Shown here: positions 30,949 to 43,196 of the stretch, piece after piece | Numbering within the stretch: the stretch's first letter is position 1 | Layout of the letters: every line of letters begins with the position of its first letter | Assembly (NCBI GenBank): GCA_034670305.1 | Contig: JAXMNT010000004.1 | Location: forward strand, 200,142-264,141 | Length of the DNA: 64,000 nucleotides | Direction: 5' to 3' | DNA from: Deltaproteobacteria bacterium | Lineage (GTDB): Bacteria; Myxococcota_A; Polyangia; Polyangiales; Houyiibacteriaceae | Program-made: the position numbers and the translations under genes | The notes under the pieces: generated by a model | Seen by the model: only the letters and a program-made list of their open reading frames with translations | Database searches by the model: none | What the model was told of the DNA's origin: nothing

Positions 30949-31697
30949 CTCCCCGCGAACGCGCGGCTGAGCTTCTGGGTCTGTCCGAGGCGGTAGAAGC
31001 GTCGTAGCTCGCGCACCAGGCCGGTCTGATCGCCGGGCACTACGAACGTGTGCTCGAGCCACGCGGTGTAGCGGGCCGCCGCACGGTTCGCGAGGCGGTA
31101 CCGGTGGCCCTGCTCGGTGCCCGGTTCGTCGAGAAACGCCGGGTCCGCGAAGAGCGACGCACGCAACCGGCGACTTCGGTCGAGCTGGGCCAGCTGGTCG
31201 CGTGCGCGGATGAGACCGACGCCCCAGCCGGAGAGCTGGGCCTCCGTGTCGAGCAGCGCTGCGTCGAGCAGCGCGGTCGCGTACTTGTCGACCTCCGCTT
31301 GGAGTTCGAGTTCGAGCTGGGTGACCGAGTCCGCGTTCTCGGCCCGGAACAGCAGATAGACGAAGTGGCTCACGCCTTCGGTCGCCAGGAGCCATCCGGC
31401 TTGGTCGCCCTGCCGCATCGCTTCGATCGCGGCTTCGCAGACGAAGAGTCCGACCGCGATGTCGTTGCCCTGCTCTTGGACGAGCAGGACTTCGCCGCGC
31501 GCGACGCCATCGCCCACCGCCGCTTGGGTCTCCTCGTGCGTGCACAGAAAAGGAGCCACCTCGGGCGCGTCGAGGTCGTAGAGGCGCGAGAGGTTCTCAC
31601 GGATGGTCTCGAGTTCCGGGACCACCATCTCGTCGAAGGTCTCCGGCTCAGGACTGGTTTCGAGCTCCGGAGCCGGCGTCTGGTCCGTGGTCTCCAC
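30945..31697 (-). CDS. Hypothetical protein
   Basis: 250 aa with typical codon usage; EGVSHF and [11 protein letters not shown] motifs; abuts the upstream gene. Confidence 0.75.
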   Translation of the reverse strand: METTDQTPAPELETSPEPETFDEMVVPELETIRENLSRLYDLDAPEVAPFLCTHEETQAAVGDGVARGEVLLVQEQGNDIAVGLFVCEAAIEAMRQGDQAGWLLATEGVSHFVYLLFRAENADSVTQLELELQAEVDKYATALLDAALLDTEAQLSGWGVGLIRARDQLAQLDRSRRLRASLFADPAFLDEPGTEQGHRYRLANRAAARYTAWLEHTFVVPGDQTGLVRELRRFYRLGQTQKLSRAFAGS

Positions 31698-32264
31698 TCA
31701 GTGCACGTCGTCCTTCGGGATCTGCGGGAACACGCCGGCGGCATGCAGCCGTGCTGCCAAGCGCGGACTGCGGGTTCGTCGCCAGCGGTCGTAGAGCCGG
31801 ACGATGTCTTGAGGCGTTCGGAGGACCGTGGATTCACGGACTTCCTCGAGAACCTTCGAGTAGTCGTCGAACCGTGCGCCCAGCTGATGGTAGACGTCCG
31901 CCCGTTGGCCACAGAGTTCGCTGGCCGCGCAGTAGGCGCGGGCGCCGAGCTCCACGTAGTAGTCGTGGCTCAGTCCGCGCTTCTGTAGATGTTCGGCGAA
32001 GAACCCACTCGTGTAGAGCGCCGCATCCCCGGCCTCGCGGTAACTGCGCAGACGCTCCCGCCGATCCCGTGCCTCGATGGCGGCCTGGAGCCGGTGGACC
32101 AGGGGCTGGTCGGGTGTGGCGACCGCCCCCTTCTGACCGGCGGCCAGAAGTTCGACGAGGTAGTGCTCGGTGTGCGGTTCGGCGACCACTCCGAGCTCGC
32201 TCAGCGCGGTGCTGAGACGTTCCTGAAAGTAGCCGCGGGCGTCAGAGATGGACTCGATGGGCAT
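31698..32264 (-). CDS. Hypothetical helical protein
   Basis: 188 aa; GDAALYTSGFF and YYVELG..AY motifs; divergent from groES. Confidence 0.75.
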   Translation of the reverse strand: MPIESISDARGYFQERLSTALSELGVVAEPHTEHYLVELLAAGQKGAVATPDQPLVHRLQAAIEARDRRERLRSYREAGDAALYTSGFFAEHLQKRGLSHDYYVELGARAYCAASELCGQRADVYHQLGARFDDYSKVLEEVRESTVLRTPQDIVRLYDRWRRTRSPRLAARLHAAGVFPQIPKDDVH

Positions 32265-32379
32265 ACCCCCAACCTACATATCGTGAGCACCGTCACAAGA
32301 ATTAGGTGAAGCGAAATTCCGGCGCGCCCGAAGGCCTCGCCGGTGGGATCAGCCGTGGCACCTGCGGCACAGGGGGTCT

Positions 32380-32406
32380 TTGGCACTCGGGAGCGCTGAG
32401 TGCCAA
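32380..32406. promoter_or_regulatory. CIRCE element 1 (HrcA operator)
   Basis: TTGGCACTC-N9-GAGTGCCAA. Confidence 0.92.
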
Positions 32407-32459
32407 AGCCGCGAAACCATTGGAGGTGAGCAGGCTCACAAGCGCTGCGCCCCCCCCGA

Positions 32460-32487
32460 TTGACTCCCCGCCGAGGGCGTTTAGGTT
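32460..32487 (+). promoter_or_regulatory. Putative sigma70 promoter of groESL
   Basis: TTGACT-N16-TAGGTT between the two CIRCE elements. Confidence 0.55.
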
Positions 32488-32498
32488 CCGCTCCGATG

Positions 32499-32525
32499 TC
32501 AGCACTCTCGGGGGACGAGTGCCAA
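32499..32525. promoter_or_regulatory. CIRCE element 2 (HrcA operator)
   Basis: TCAGCACTC-N9-GAGTGCCAA. Confidence 0.9.
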
Positions 32526-32616
32526 CAAACGACCGCGGGCGACCTACCCGCACCACCCGTTCCCCGTTCGTGCCGGATTTTTGGGCTCGCGCCCAGCAAA
32601 CCTCAAGGAGAGTCAC

Positions 32617-32907
32617 ATGGCGATCAAACCACTCGGCGATCGCGTGCTCGTGAAGCGCGTCGCAGAAGAAGAGACCACCAAAGGCGGAATCATCATTCCT
32701 GATACCGCCAAAGAGAAGCCCATCGAGGGCAAAGTGATCGCAGTCGGAGCCGGCAAGCGCGGCGACGATGGCAAGCGCATCGCCGTCGACGTCAAGAAGG
32801 GCGACCGCGTCCTCTTCGGCAAGTACGCGGGCACCGAAGTCAAGATCGATGGCGAGGAGCACGTCGTGCTCCGCGAAGACGACATCGTCGGCATCGTCAC
32901 CAAGTAA
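32617..32907 (+). CDS. groES: Co-chaperonin GroES
   Basis: [13 protein letters not shown]...[21 protein letters not shown]. Confidence 0.98.
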   Translation: MAIKPLGDRVLVKRVAEEETTKGGIIIPDTAKEKPIEGKVIAVGAGKRGDDGKRIAVDVKKGDRVLFGKYAGTEVKIDGEEHVVLREDDIVGIVTK

Positions 32908-32933
32908 CTCACAGGAACAACGGAGAAATTACG

Positions 32934-34574
<1,641 letters not shown>

Positions 34575-34596
34575 GGTCCACCCCGACTGAATGAAG

Positions 34597-34628
34597 AAGC
34601 CGGTCCGCAAGGGCCGGCTTTTTCTTTT
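34597..34628 (+). terminator. Rho-independent terminator of groESL
   Basis: AAGCCGGTCC-GCAA-GGGCCGGCTT followed by a T-tract. Confidence 0.9.
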
Positions 34629-34629
34629 C

Positions 34630-34870
34630 CGTCCGGCTTCGGCATCGGCGTCGGGCTTCGGCTTCGGCATCGGCATCGGCCTCGGCCTCGGCATCGGCAT
34701 CGGCTTCGGCATCGGCATCGGCATCGGCATCGGCTTCGGCATCGGCTTCGGCATCGGCTTCGGCGTCGGCTTCGGCGTCGGCTTCGGCGTCGGCATCGGC
34801 TTCGGCGTCGGCATCGGCCTCGGCTTCGGCGTCGGAGTCGGCTTCAGCGACAGCCTCGGCGTCGGTTTCA
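34630..34870. repeat. Intergenic (TCGGCA/TCGGCT/TCGGCG)n hexamer array
   Basis: Tandem hexamers between the groEL terminator and the convergent gene stop. Confidence 0.95.
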
Positions 34871-34890
34871 GCTCTCGGCGTTGGCCCCGC

Positions 34891-37800
34891 TCAGAACGTC
34901 TTGAGCACTTCGACGAGCGCAGCGAGGCGCGCGGACGCGTCTTCGTCGCCGATGGCGCCGAGGAGCGATTCGATCTCGGCGCGCGCGTCGGCGCAGACCG
35001 TTCGCAGGCTTCCGACGTCCCGCTCGAACATGGAAGCGCGCGAGAGCGCGTCTTCGAGCGCCGCCTCACGGTCCGCCAGGCGTTTTTCGAGCCGGCCGAG
35101 TTCATCCACCGCGTCGGGGGTCTGCTGGAGACTCGCGACCTGGTCTTCGGAGGCGCGCCGCGCGTCCTGCGCGTGGCGCAGCTCTTCGCGAAGGCGCTCC
35201 ACCCGCTCCTGCAGTTCCAGCAGTGTGCGACGCGCGTCTTCGTCATCGCCCGATCCGCTGCCGCCTTCGGCCAACCGGCGCTCGAGCGCGCGGATGCGGT
35301 CGTTGCGTTCCTCAAGCTGAGCCGTCAACGATCGGAGCAAGGTGTCCTTGTCGTCGATCTCGCGGCGCAGCCGGTCCGAGCCATCCTCGGTCGCGTCTGG
35401 CGCTTCCAGGCCCACCGCGGTGATGTCGGATCGGACCGGTTGCTGTGGTTGCTGCTCAGCCCGCCAGGCGTCGAGCGTACGACGCAGCAGGTGCAGTGAC
35501 TCCACTTGCGCGTCGCGATCTCGGAGCAGGGTGTCCACGCGCTGGACGAGCGCATCGCGCTCCGCCTGCAGGCCCTGCAGTTCCGAGTCCGCCCCGTCGA
35601 CCGCTTGGTCGCGTGCCGTTTCCGCTGCGGTGAGCGCGTCGACCGCTTCCTTCAGCGCCGCCTCGGCCGCCAACTTGTCCGCCTGGGCTGCGTCGTTCGC
35701 GGCTTGATGATCTTTGGCCGCCTTGCGCAAACCGTCGATCTCACGCGCCAGCGCGTCCGCGCGCTCCACCGCGCCGGAGGCATCGACGAGCGCTTCGCGG
35801 AGCCGGTCCCGTTCGTCGCGCACCCGCTCGAGCCGCTGGTCGAACGTGCGGCGCTGCTGCTCTTCCTCGGCCAGGTCCATCTGCAGTCGAGTGACCAGCG
35901 CATCGCGCGACGCGACCGCCGCCACCAAATCGCGGGCCCGCGCTTCGGCTTCGCTCTTCCCCATTTGGAGATCGCCGGCGGCCAGGGTCAGTTCTGCTTC
36001 GGTGGTCCGCAACGTCGCGACTTCATCCCGCAGACGATCGAGTTCATCGAGCGTCTTGGGCGAGACCGGGGCTTTCGTCAGCGCAAGCAACGACGCCTCG
36101 CGATCCGCCAGGCGCAGCCGCAGCCCTTCCCGCTCCCCGCGCAATCCCTGAAGTTCGTCGCTGACGCGTGCGAGCTCGCCTTCGATCGCTTCGTCGGTGC
36201 CGGTCGCGGATTCTCCGCTGGCGGTGCCTGGCTCCGCGCTGAGCATCGCGATGCGCATCTCGTACCCCATGCGGAGTCCTTCGACGCGGGTCTCGAGATT
36301 GCTGAGCTGAGCCATCAGCCGCAGCGTCTCGGCGCGGGCTCGGTCGCGCTCTTGCTCCGCGTCCGCGCGGCCTTCGCGGGCGAGCAGGAGCTGCCCGGTG
36401 AGCTGTCCGACGCGGGCCGAGAGCTTTCGCTCCGACTCCCGCAGCGCCGCCACTTCGGCTTCGGAACGCTGGCTCGGCAGACTGGGGGTGGGGGCACCGC
36501 GCTCGCGGATCATCGCGAGCTCGAGCTGCTCGCGCGCGTCGCCGAGAGAAGCCTCCGTCTGGCGCAGCTTCTCCACCCGATCTTCGAGATCGAGTTTGGC
36601 CACTGCCAGGCGCGCTTCCGCGAGCGCTCGAAGTTCTTCGATCTCCGCCGCGCGCGCTCGAAGCCCACGGACCCTTCCCGAGAGCTCTGCCTGTGCCGTA
36701 CGGAGCGCTTCGAGCGCTGCGTCTCGTTCGAGCAGCGTCGTGCGCAGCTCGTCAACCGACAGCTCCGCTTCGGTGCGCTCGAGCTCCCGGGTCAGTCGGC
36801 TGACCGGCGCGCCGGCGGCTGCCTCGCCCGCGGTCTCGCCAGCGGCCACTGCGTCTGCCAGCACCGCGCTTCGACGACCGAGCTGATGCTCCCGCAGCTC
36901 TTCGACCACATCTCGGAGCACGAGCCGGACCGAACCGACCTCCGCTTCGAGCGCCCGCACATGAGACGCGCGGTCGCGGAGTTTTTGTTCGAGTTCCGCC
37001 ACATCGGACGCCACGGAGAAGTCTTCGACCCGCGCGTCGGCCGGGGCGTCGGGCCGCAGCCCCGCCACCACGTCGGCCACCACATCGCTTACCGGCGCGA
37101 CGTCGCCGAGATCGATCTCGGCGCTGTCGAGTGCTGGCGGTGCATCCGTCAACGCGGCCCGCGCTTCGGCCAGTTCGCCTTCGGTGGTGATCAGCCGAGC
37201 TTGCGCTTGCTCCAAACGGCTCTCGGCGCGGTCGAGTGCTTCGCGAAGCGCATCCACCTCGCGACGGCGCGCCGTGAGCGCTTCCTCCATCTCGGAAGGT
37301 TCCGTGGCGTCGGCTTCCGAGGCCTCGTCGTTGGGGAGTTGCACGACGAGGTACGGATCGGTCGGAGGCAGCTCGTCGGCTGCCATCCCGAACACGAACG
37401 TCAGGTCCTCGGTCTCGCTGCCGAGCAGCGACCCATCGACGCACACCTCTTCGGCATGGCCCGCGGTGAGGTCCGCCAGCGCCACGCCCCGAAATGCGGC
37501 CTGACCCAGCACCCGGACTTCTCGGAACGCGGTCTGGAGCTGGCTCTGCAAGTTGGCGAGCGCCGCGTCGTCTCCGACCCGGGTGCCCACCACCAGCACA
37601 CCGTCCGCCAGGATCGCCGAGAGCTCGGCAAACCGATCCTCCGGATGATCGAGACACTCGATGTCCGCCACGACCACGAGATCGAAGCTGCCCGCTTGGA
37701 ATGAGAGGCGGCCGGGGCGGTAGAGCGACACGCGGGCGGCCCCACCCCGTCGGCGGCGGCCACGGCCCGAGGTGTCGAGCACCCGGACCACGTCGGCGAA

Positions 37801-37926
37801 GGACGCGAGTTGATCCGCACCTGCGCCGGCGTCACCGATCCACAACACCCGCCGTCCGCTCGCCAAGGGCGCAAGAAACACGGAGAGCGCGAGGTCGTTC
37901 ATCGGAGGTGGCCCGAGCGTGGTCAT
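34891..37926 (-). CDS. Degenerate class I methyltransferase-like domain fused to a long coiled coil (start 37926 or 37902)
   Basis: [35 protein letters not shown] followed by about 750 aa heptad-rich region. Confidence 0.72.
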   Translation of the reverse strand: MTTLGPPPMNDLALSVFLAPLASGRRVLWIGDAGAGADQLASFADVVRVLDTSGRGRRRRGGAARVSLYRPGRLSFQAGSFDLVVVADIECLDHPEDRFAELSAILADGVLVVGTRVGDDAALANLQSQLQTAFREVRVLGQAAFRGVALADLTAGHAEEVCVDGSLLGSETEDLTFVFGMAADELPPTDPYLVVQLPNDEASEADATEPSEMEEALTARRREVDALREALDRAESRLEQAQARLITTEGELAEARAALTDAPPALDSAEIDLGDVAPVSDVVADVVAGLRPDAPADARVEDFSVASDVAELEQKLRDRASHVRALEAEVGSVRLVLRDVVEELREHQLGRRSAVLADAVAAGETAGEAAAGAPVSRLTRELERTEAELSVDELRTTLLERDAALEALRTAQAELSGRVRGLRARAAEIEELRALAEARLAVAKLDLEDRVEKLRQTEASLGDAREQLELAMIRERGAPTPSLPSQRSEAEVAALRESERKLSARVGQLTGQLLLAREGRADAEQERDRARAETLRLMAQLSNLETRVEGLRMGYEMRIAMLSAEPGTASGESATGTDEAIEGELARVSDELQGLRGEREGLRLRLADREASLLALTKAPVSPKTLDELDRLRDEVATLRTTEAELTLAAGDLQMGKSEAEARARDLVAAVASRDALVTRLQMDLAEEEQQRRTFDQRLERVRDERDRLREALVDASGAVERADALAREIDGLRKAAKDHQAANDAAQADKLAAEAALKEAVDALTAAETARDQAVDGADSELQGLQAERDALVQRVDTLLRDRDAQVESLHLLRRTLDAWRAEQQPQQPVRSDITAVGLEAPDATEDGSDRLRREIDDKDTLLRSLTAQLEERNDRIRALERRLAEGGSGSGDDEDARRTLLELQERVERLREELRHAQDARRASEDQVASLQQTPDAVDELGRLEKRLADREAALEDALSRASMFERDVGSLRTVCADARAEIESLLGAIGDEDASARLAALVEVLKTF

Positions 37927-38194
37927 GCGCGGGGGTAGTAATAGTCGCGTCTGATTCGCAGGGTCAACGACGACGTTGACGGATCGCCCGTTTGTTTTCA
38001 GGCTCCGGACCGCAGTCGCTGGCCCCACATCGCGATTCCAGAGGTTGGGGAGGAGGCCGGAGGGGCCTTGCCCCGCACGCCCGAGGGGGATGCGCCCATC
38101 CCCCTCGGACGACAAACGCCCGCCGAATCTCCGAAGCCGCACTTCTCGACCGTTTGGGGTCGCGGGCACCGAGGTCGGTCGCTACATTTCGCCC

Positions 38195-41100
38195 GTGACC
38201 GCCGCCACCCGGGTCCAGCGCCAGCTGGGCCGATTTCGTCGACGCGCGCGCGCCCTCGTCGGCGTGCGTGCCGTGCTGGTCGCGCTCGCGATCGGTGCGG
38301 TCGGGTTCTTCGCCGCGAGTTGGATGGTCGGGCCGACCATCGGCTGGGCCGGCAGCATCACCGCGTGGACGCTCGTCTCCGGTGCGTCACTCGCTGGATT
38401 CTGGTGGGCCATCCGACCGATCCGCGGCCTCGGAGGACCGGGCGCGACTCGACTGATCCGGCCCGTGGACGCGTCCCTCGCGTCCATGACCCGCTCCGCG
38501 CTCGAGTTCGCGAGCCCGTCGGTGCCGGCCGACTCGAGCGATCTCGTGCGCGCCCACCTGCGTTCGGTGGACGTGCGCCTGGCGGCGTTGGCACCAGAAG
38601 TCGTCGTGCCCGTTCAGACGGCCGATCGCCGCTGGCTGCTCGGCGCGGTGCTCGTGCTGGCCCTGTCGGTCGGTGGATTGTTCGGCGTCGACCGAGCCAT
38701 GTCCGGCGCCTTCGCGCTGCTCAACCCGGCCGCTCGCGAAGGCACGACCCGCGTCGCCAGCATCGGCGCCGACGTGACCGCCCACCTCAGGTTCCCCGCG
38801 TACATGGGCCGGGACCCCGTCGACGTCGAAGGCGCCCGCATCGAAGCACCGCGCGGCACCCTCGTTCGATGGTCGATGCGCGCGCGCGTGCCGCTCGTCT
38901 CGGCCACGCTCACCACACCCGAAGGGCCCGTCCGGCTCTCCGCCGACCCCGCCAACGGACCGGAACGTTGGGGCGCGAGTTTCGTGGTTCGGGAATCGGG
39001 TCCGTTGACCTTGGTCGGCGTGGACACCGAAGGCGACGCGCTGCAAGACGCGACCGTGCGTGCGCTCGTTGTCGAAGTCGACGCCGCACCGAACGTCCGC
39101 ATCGTCCGCCCAGAAGAAGACTTGGTGCTCGAACCCGGGTCCACGATGCGGTTCGAGGTCGAAGCCAGCGACGATCACCAACTCGGCGACGTAGAGCTGG
39201 TCGTGGGCATGCCCGGCGGTGCGGAACGCCGCCTTCCCTTTCCCGCATTCGACGTGGACGCGAATGGTGCACTGCAGATCACTCGGCTCGGCCCCACCAG
39301 CGGTTCGGCTCCGCTTGATCCGAACGCGCCGCCGGACGACTTGCTCCGCGACCTCCTCGGCACGACGCCGACCCAGCCCGCACTGCCTTCCTTTCGTGGG
39401 GAGGTCTCGCTCGACCCGATGGCGCTTGGGGCCCGCGCCGGCGACATGCTCCGGGTCTGGGCGGAAGCGAGCGACCGCGACGACGTGGCCGGGCCGAACA
39501 TCGGGCGCTCGGGCGAGATTCGGATCGAGGTGGCGTCCGAAGCCACGCATCGAGAAGAACGCATCGGCACACTGAGCGAGGTCCTGGATGCGGCACTCGC
39601 CGCGCTCGCCGATCGGCTCGAGCGGCCGGTGCCGCGCGCCGAAGCGGAAGCCCGCACCCGACACGAACGCGTCGACGCTTCGGCACAGTCGCTCGCGGAC
39701 GGACTCGAGACGCTTCGTGAGATGGGCCTGGACCCGACGCACGCAGCGCTCGTGCCGGAGATGATCCGAGATCTTCGCCGCGCGCGCTTCGCGGAGAAGC
39801 GGGTCGTGGGCACGACCCTTGGCCCGCACGCGGCTCGAGAGCGGGTGGACGCCGCGCTCGTCGAGGTGCTCGAAGATCAGTCGCTCCAGCTCTCCGACCT
39901 GCTCGGCGCCGCGAAGATCGAAGACGCCGCGGCGATCGCACGCGAGCTCGAAGACCTGCGGCGGGAGATGGCGTCGCTGCTGGCCGAGGTCCGCAGGACC
40001 GACTCCCCCGAAGCGCGGGAAGCTCTGATGGCCGCGTTGCACCGCGCGCAACGCCGCATGCAGGAGTTGCGGGCTCGCCTCGCCGCGATGAGCGAAGACG
40101 TGCCCGGCGAGTTCCTGAACATGGATGCGCTGCCGCAAGACGAAGCCGAAGCTGCGCTCGACGGCCTCGACGAAGCGCTGGAGCGCGGAGACATGGACGC
40201 CGCGGCCCGGTACCTGCTCGACCTCGAGCGGGAGATCGACGCCCTCGCCCGCTCGTTGAACTCGGCCGAAGAAGGATTCGAAGCCGAGCGGTTCGGCCCG
40301 CGTCAACGCGCGATGGCGGATGCGCTCGACCGCCTCGCGGGCATCGAAGCCGAAGAGCGCACCCTTGCGGAGCGTTCCGACGAAGTCCGGCGCGCGGCCG
40401 CGGAGAGCGCGCTCGAAGCCGCTGGACAGAGCACCGCCGACTCCGCGCGTGCGTTGGCCGAGCGGGCCGCCGAGGTGCGTGCCGCGCTGGACGAGGTGCC
40501 CACTGCGCCACTGGGTCCGGTGGACCGAGAGACACTCGAGCGGGCGCGGCAGCGGCTGATCGACACCGAAGACGCGCTGCGGGCCGGCGACCTCGGCGAA
40601 GCGCGGGCCATGGCCGAGGAGGCCGGCAGCGATGCGACCCGGTTGGCGCGCGATCTCGAACTCTCGTCGATGATGTTCGCGGGTCGTCGGGGGGAAGTGC
40701 GGCGCGCGGCGCAGGAGGCCGCCGAGGCCGCATCGCAGGCGCGCGAACTCGGGGAACGCCTCGACGACTCGTTGCCTCGACTGAGCGAGTACATCGATCG
40801 CGCCTCTCGGGAACAGCTGCGCGCCGATGCGGAGCGGCAGCAGCGGGCCAACGGCGCCGCGGAGAGTTTGCAGGAAGCGTTCAACGCCGAGCCGGACGGA
40901 GCACCGCTCTCACCGGAAGGTGCCGAAGCGATGGAAGCGATCCGCGAATCGATGCGGGCGGCACGCCAAGCCCTGCAGCGGGGCGAGCCGGTCGGCGCTG
41001 CGCGGGCCCAGCACGAAGCGGCGCGCCGGCTGACCGAGCTCCGAGAAGAACTCGAGAAGGATCAGTCCCCGAGCGGCGGCGGTGGCGAGGGCGACGGCGA

Positions 41101-41254
41101 ACGGCAACCGACCGAACGGGTCCGCATCCCCGGCGCGGAAGAAGCGGAGGGGGTCTCCGAGCTTCGACGCCGACTCCTCGATGCGATGCGCGAAGGCGCC
41201 CCACGTGGCTACGAGGACGCCGTCCGCCACTACTACGAAGGACTGCTCCGATGA
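38195..41254 (+). CDS. DUF4175-like membrane protein
   Basis: N-terminal TMs, FPAYMG, D..P.VRI..P, ASDDHQLG, EASDRDDVAGPNIGRS, coiled coil, C-terminal PRGYEDAVRHYYEGLL. Confidence 0.8.
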   Translation: MTAATRVQRQLGRFRRRARALVGVRAVLVALAIGAVGFFAASWMVGPTIGWAGSITAWTLVSGASLAGFWWAIRPIRGLGGPGATRLIRPVDASLASMTRSALEFASPSVPADSSDLVRAHLRSVDVRLAALAPEVVVPVQTADRRWLLGAVLVLALSVGGLFGVDRAMSGAFALLNPAAREGTTRVASIGADVTAHLRFPAYMGRDPVDVEGARIEAPRGTLVRWSMRARVPLVSATLTTPEGPVRLSADPANGPERWGASFVVRESGPLTLVGVDTEGDALQDATVRALVVEVDAAPNVRIVRPEEDLVLEPGSTMRFEVEASDDHQLGDVELVVGMPGGAERRLPFPAFDVDANGALQITRLGPTSGSAPLDPNAPPDDLLRDLLGTTPTQPALPSFRGEVSLDPMALGARAGDMLRVWAEASDRDDVAGPNIGRSGEIRIEVASEATHREERIGTLSEVLDAALAALADRLERPVPRAEAEARTRHERVDASAQSLADGLETLREMGLDPTHAALVPEMIRDLRRARFAEKRVVGTTLGPHAARERVDAALVEVLEDQSLQLSDLLGAAKIEDAAAIARELEDLRREMASLLAEVRRTDSPEAREALMAALHRAQRRMQELRARLAAMSEDVPGEFLNMDALPQDEAEAALDGLDEALERGDMDAAARYLLDLEREIDALARSLNSAEEGFEAERFGPRQRAMADALDRLAGIEAEERTLAERSDEVRRAAAESALEAAGQSTADSARALAERAAEVRAALDEVPTAPLGPVDRETLERARQRLIDTEDALRAGDLGEARAMAEEAGSDATRLARDLELSSMMFAGRRGEVRRAAQEAAEAASQARELGERLDDSLPRLSEYIDRASREQLRADAERQQRANGAAESLQEAFNAEPDGAPLSPEGAEAMEAIRESMRAARQALQRGEPVGAARAQHEAARRLTELREELEKDQSPSGGGGEGDGERQPTERVRIPGAEEAEGVSELRRRLLDAMREGAPRGYEDAVRHYYEGLLR

Positions 41255-42831
41255 GGCGCGCCGCCCAGGTGTTCGTCTTGTTCGCGCTGTGCGCGGTCTC
41301 GGGCCCCGCGTGGGCGCTCGGCCGCGCCGACGTGGCAGCCCTCAACGCCGGCCATCTGGCGCTGCGCGAACTCCGGGTAGAAGACGCTGCCCGCAGCAGC
41401 GCGGCCCTCCTTGCCCGCCTTCCCACGGACCCGGATGTGCTCTCGCTCGCCGCCCAAGTCGACTTCCACCAGGGGCGCTACGCCCTGGCCGTGGAGCGTC
41501 TCGAAGCGTCGCTCGCATCACGCGCCCCGCGGACCGGAGACGAGGGCGACCCGCGCGCTTGGCTGCTCGAGTTGTTCCGCTCCACGCACGACGCGACGGC
41601 TTCGTTCGTGGAAGCGCGCAGCGACGACGGTCGCTACATCGTGCGCCACGCGCCCGGCCGCGACCGCCACCTGGTCCCCTACGTCCTGCGGGCACTCGAG
41701 GGCTCCGACGCCGCGATGCAGGATGAACTCGGCATTCGACTCCCGGGACCGATCCGCGTCGAGATCCTCCCGAACGCAGACGAGCTCGCGAAGGTCAGCA
41801 CGCTGACCGAGGAGGCCATCGCCACCACCGGCACCATCGCGCTGTGCAAGTGGGACAAGCTGATGGTGACCAGCCCACGGGCACTGCTCCGCGGCTACCC
41901 ATGGATGGACACCATCGCGCACGAGTTCGTGCACCTCGCGCTCAGCCGCGCGTCGCACGACCACGCGCCAGTCTGGTTTCAAGAGGGCATGGCGAAGTTC
42001 CTCGAACGCCGCTGGCGTGAACCCGAGGCGACCGAACACTTGCACCCGGCGGCCCTCGGCCTGCTCGTCCGCGCGGTGCGCGAACGCGGGCTGCTTCCAT
42101 TCGACCGCATCCATCCCTCGATCGCGCTCTTGCCCTCTCAGGAAGATGCGGCGCTCGCGTTCGCTCAGGTCTCGACGTTCGTCGCGCGGTTCCACACCGC
42201 GTACGGCAAAGCGGGCATCCAGGCGGCCATCGCGCGGATGGCGGAAGGCGAAGACGCCCGGGTCGCCCTCGCTGGCGTGGCGTCGGTTTCCTGGGAAGAA
42301 CTCGAGTCCCGATGGAAGCGCTCCCTCCAGGCACTTCGCGGAGGCGACGCACCCCCGCTTCTCCCGCGACAGCTCCGCGGCGGCGCCTCCGAAGAACAGG
42401 CCGAGGCCCAACAGGTGGCGCAGGCGGCGCGCCGCAACTTGCGGCTCGGCGACCTCCTCTGGGCCCGCCGGCGCTACGGCGCGGCTGCGGTCGAGTACGG
42501 CCGGGCGTTGGAGGCGGCACCGGGCGACCCACGCATCGCTTCGCGCATGGCCGCCGCCTCCCTCGAAGCGGGCCGGCCCGCCGACGCGGTGGCCGCGCTC
42601 GCGCCGATCGTCGATCGGTACCCGGATCACGCGCCGAGCTTGGCGGTGCTCGCCCGCGCGTACCGAGAGACCGGGGACCGCGAACGCGCCGAAGCCACCG
42701 CCCGCGCGGCGCTGCGACTCAACCCCTTCGACCCCTCCCCCCACTGCGACCTGGCCGCCGTGGCCACCGACGACGCCACACGCGCCCTAGAAGCCCGCCA
42801 GTGCACCGCGCTCGGCGGCTCGATTCCCTAA
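41251..42831 (+). CDS. Secreted TPR protein with peptidase MA-like (gluzincin) domain
   Basis: Signal peptide; AHEFVH...PVWFQEGMA; TPRs on both sides. Confidence 0.85.
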   Translation: MRRAAQVFVLFALCAVSGPAWALGRADVAALNAGHLALRELRVEDAARSSAALLARLPTDPDVLSLAAQVDFHQGRYALAVERLEASLASRAPRTGDEGDPRAWLLELFRSTHDATASFVEARSDDGRYIVRHAPGRDRHLVPYVLRALEGSDAAMQDELGIRLPGPIRVEILPNADELAKVSTLTEEAIATTGTIALCKWDKLMVTSPRALLRGYPWMDTIAHEFVHLALSRASHDHAPVWFQEGMAKFLERRWREPEATEHLHPAALGLLVRAVRERGLLPFDRIHPSIALLPSQEDAALAFAQVSTFVARFHTAYGKAGIQAAIARMAEGEDARVALAGVASVSWEELESRWKRSLQALRGGDAPPLLPRQLRGGASEEQAEAQQVAQAARRNLRLGDLLWARRRYGAAAVEYGRALEAAPGDPRIASRMAAASLEAGRPADAVAALAPIVDRYPDHAPSLAVLARAYRETGDRERAEATARAALRLNPFDPSPHCDLAAVATDDATRALEARQCTALGGSIP

Positions 42832-42842
42832 GGGCGTTCGGC

Positions 42843-43095
42843 AAGCGGCAGCGGCAGCGGCGTCGGCGTCGGCGTCCAGATTCGGCTTCGGCTTCGGATT
42901 CGGCTTCGGCATCGGCTTCGGCATCGGCTTCGGCATCGGCTTCGGCATCGGCTTCGGCATCGGCTTCGGCATCGGCTTCGGCATCGGCTTCGGCATCGGC
43001 TTCGGCATCGGCATCGGCTTCGGCATCGGCTTCGGCATCAGCATCGGCATCGGCTTCGGCTTCGGCATCGGCATCGGCTTCGGCATCGTCGGCTG
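42843..43095. repeat. Intergenic (TCGGCTTCGGCA)n array
   Basis: Tandem 6/12-mers visible directly. Confidence 0.95.
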
Positions 43096-43196
43096 CTTGT
43101 TCGCGCACTCCAGGTCAAGGGCCGAACGGAAGTTGCGCAGTGAGTTCGCCCGTTCCGCGACTTGTGCAGGGCGACCGGGCGTGCGTAGATCGGGTC

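Noticed and set aside
34591..35499. (GI/GF)n or (PM/PK)n proteins from repeat-spanning ORFs
   Set aside because: Alternative-frame read-through of stop-free hexamer arrays, overlapping real genes and a terminator
42312..43196. N-terminal extension of the ATPase-TPR ORF through the SA repeat
   Set aside because: It overlaps the peptidase gene and is open only because the repeat lacks stops; ATG 43197 begins the zinc ribbon
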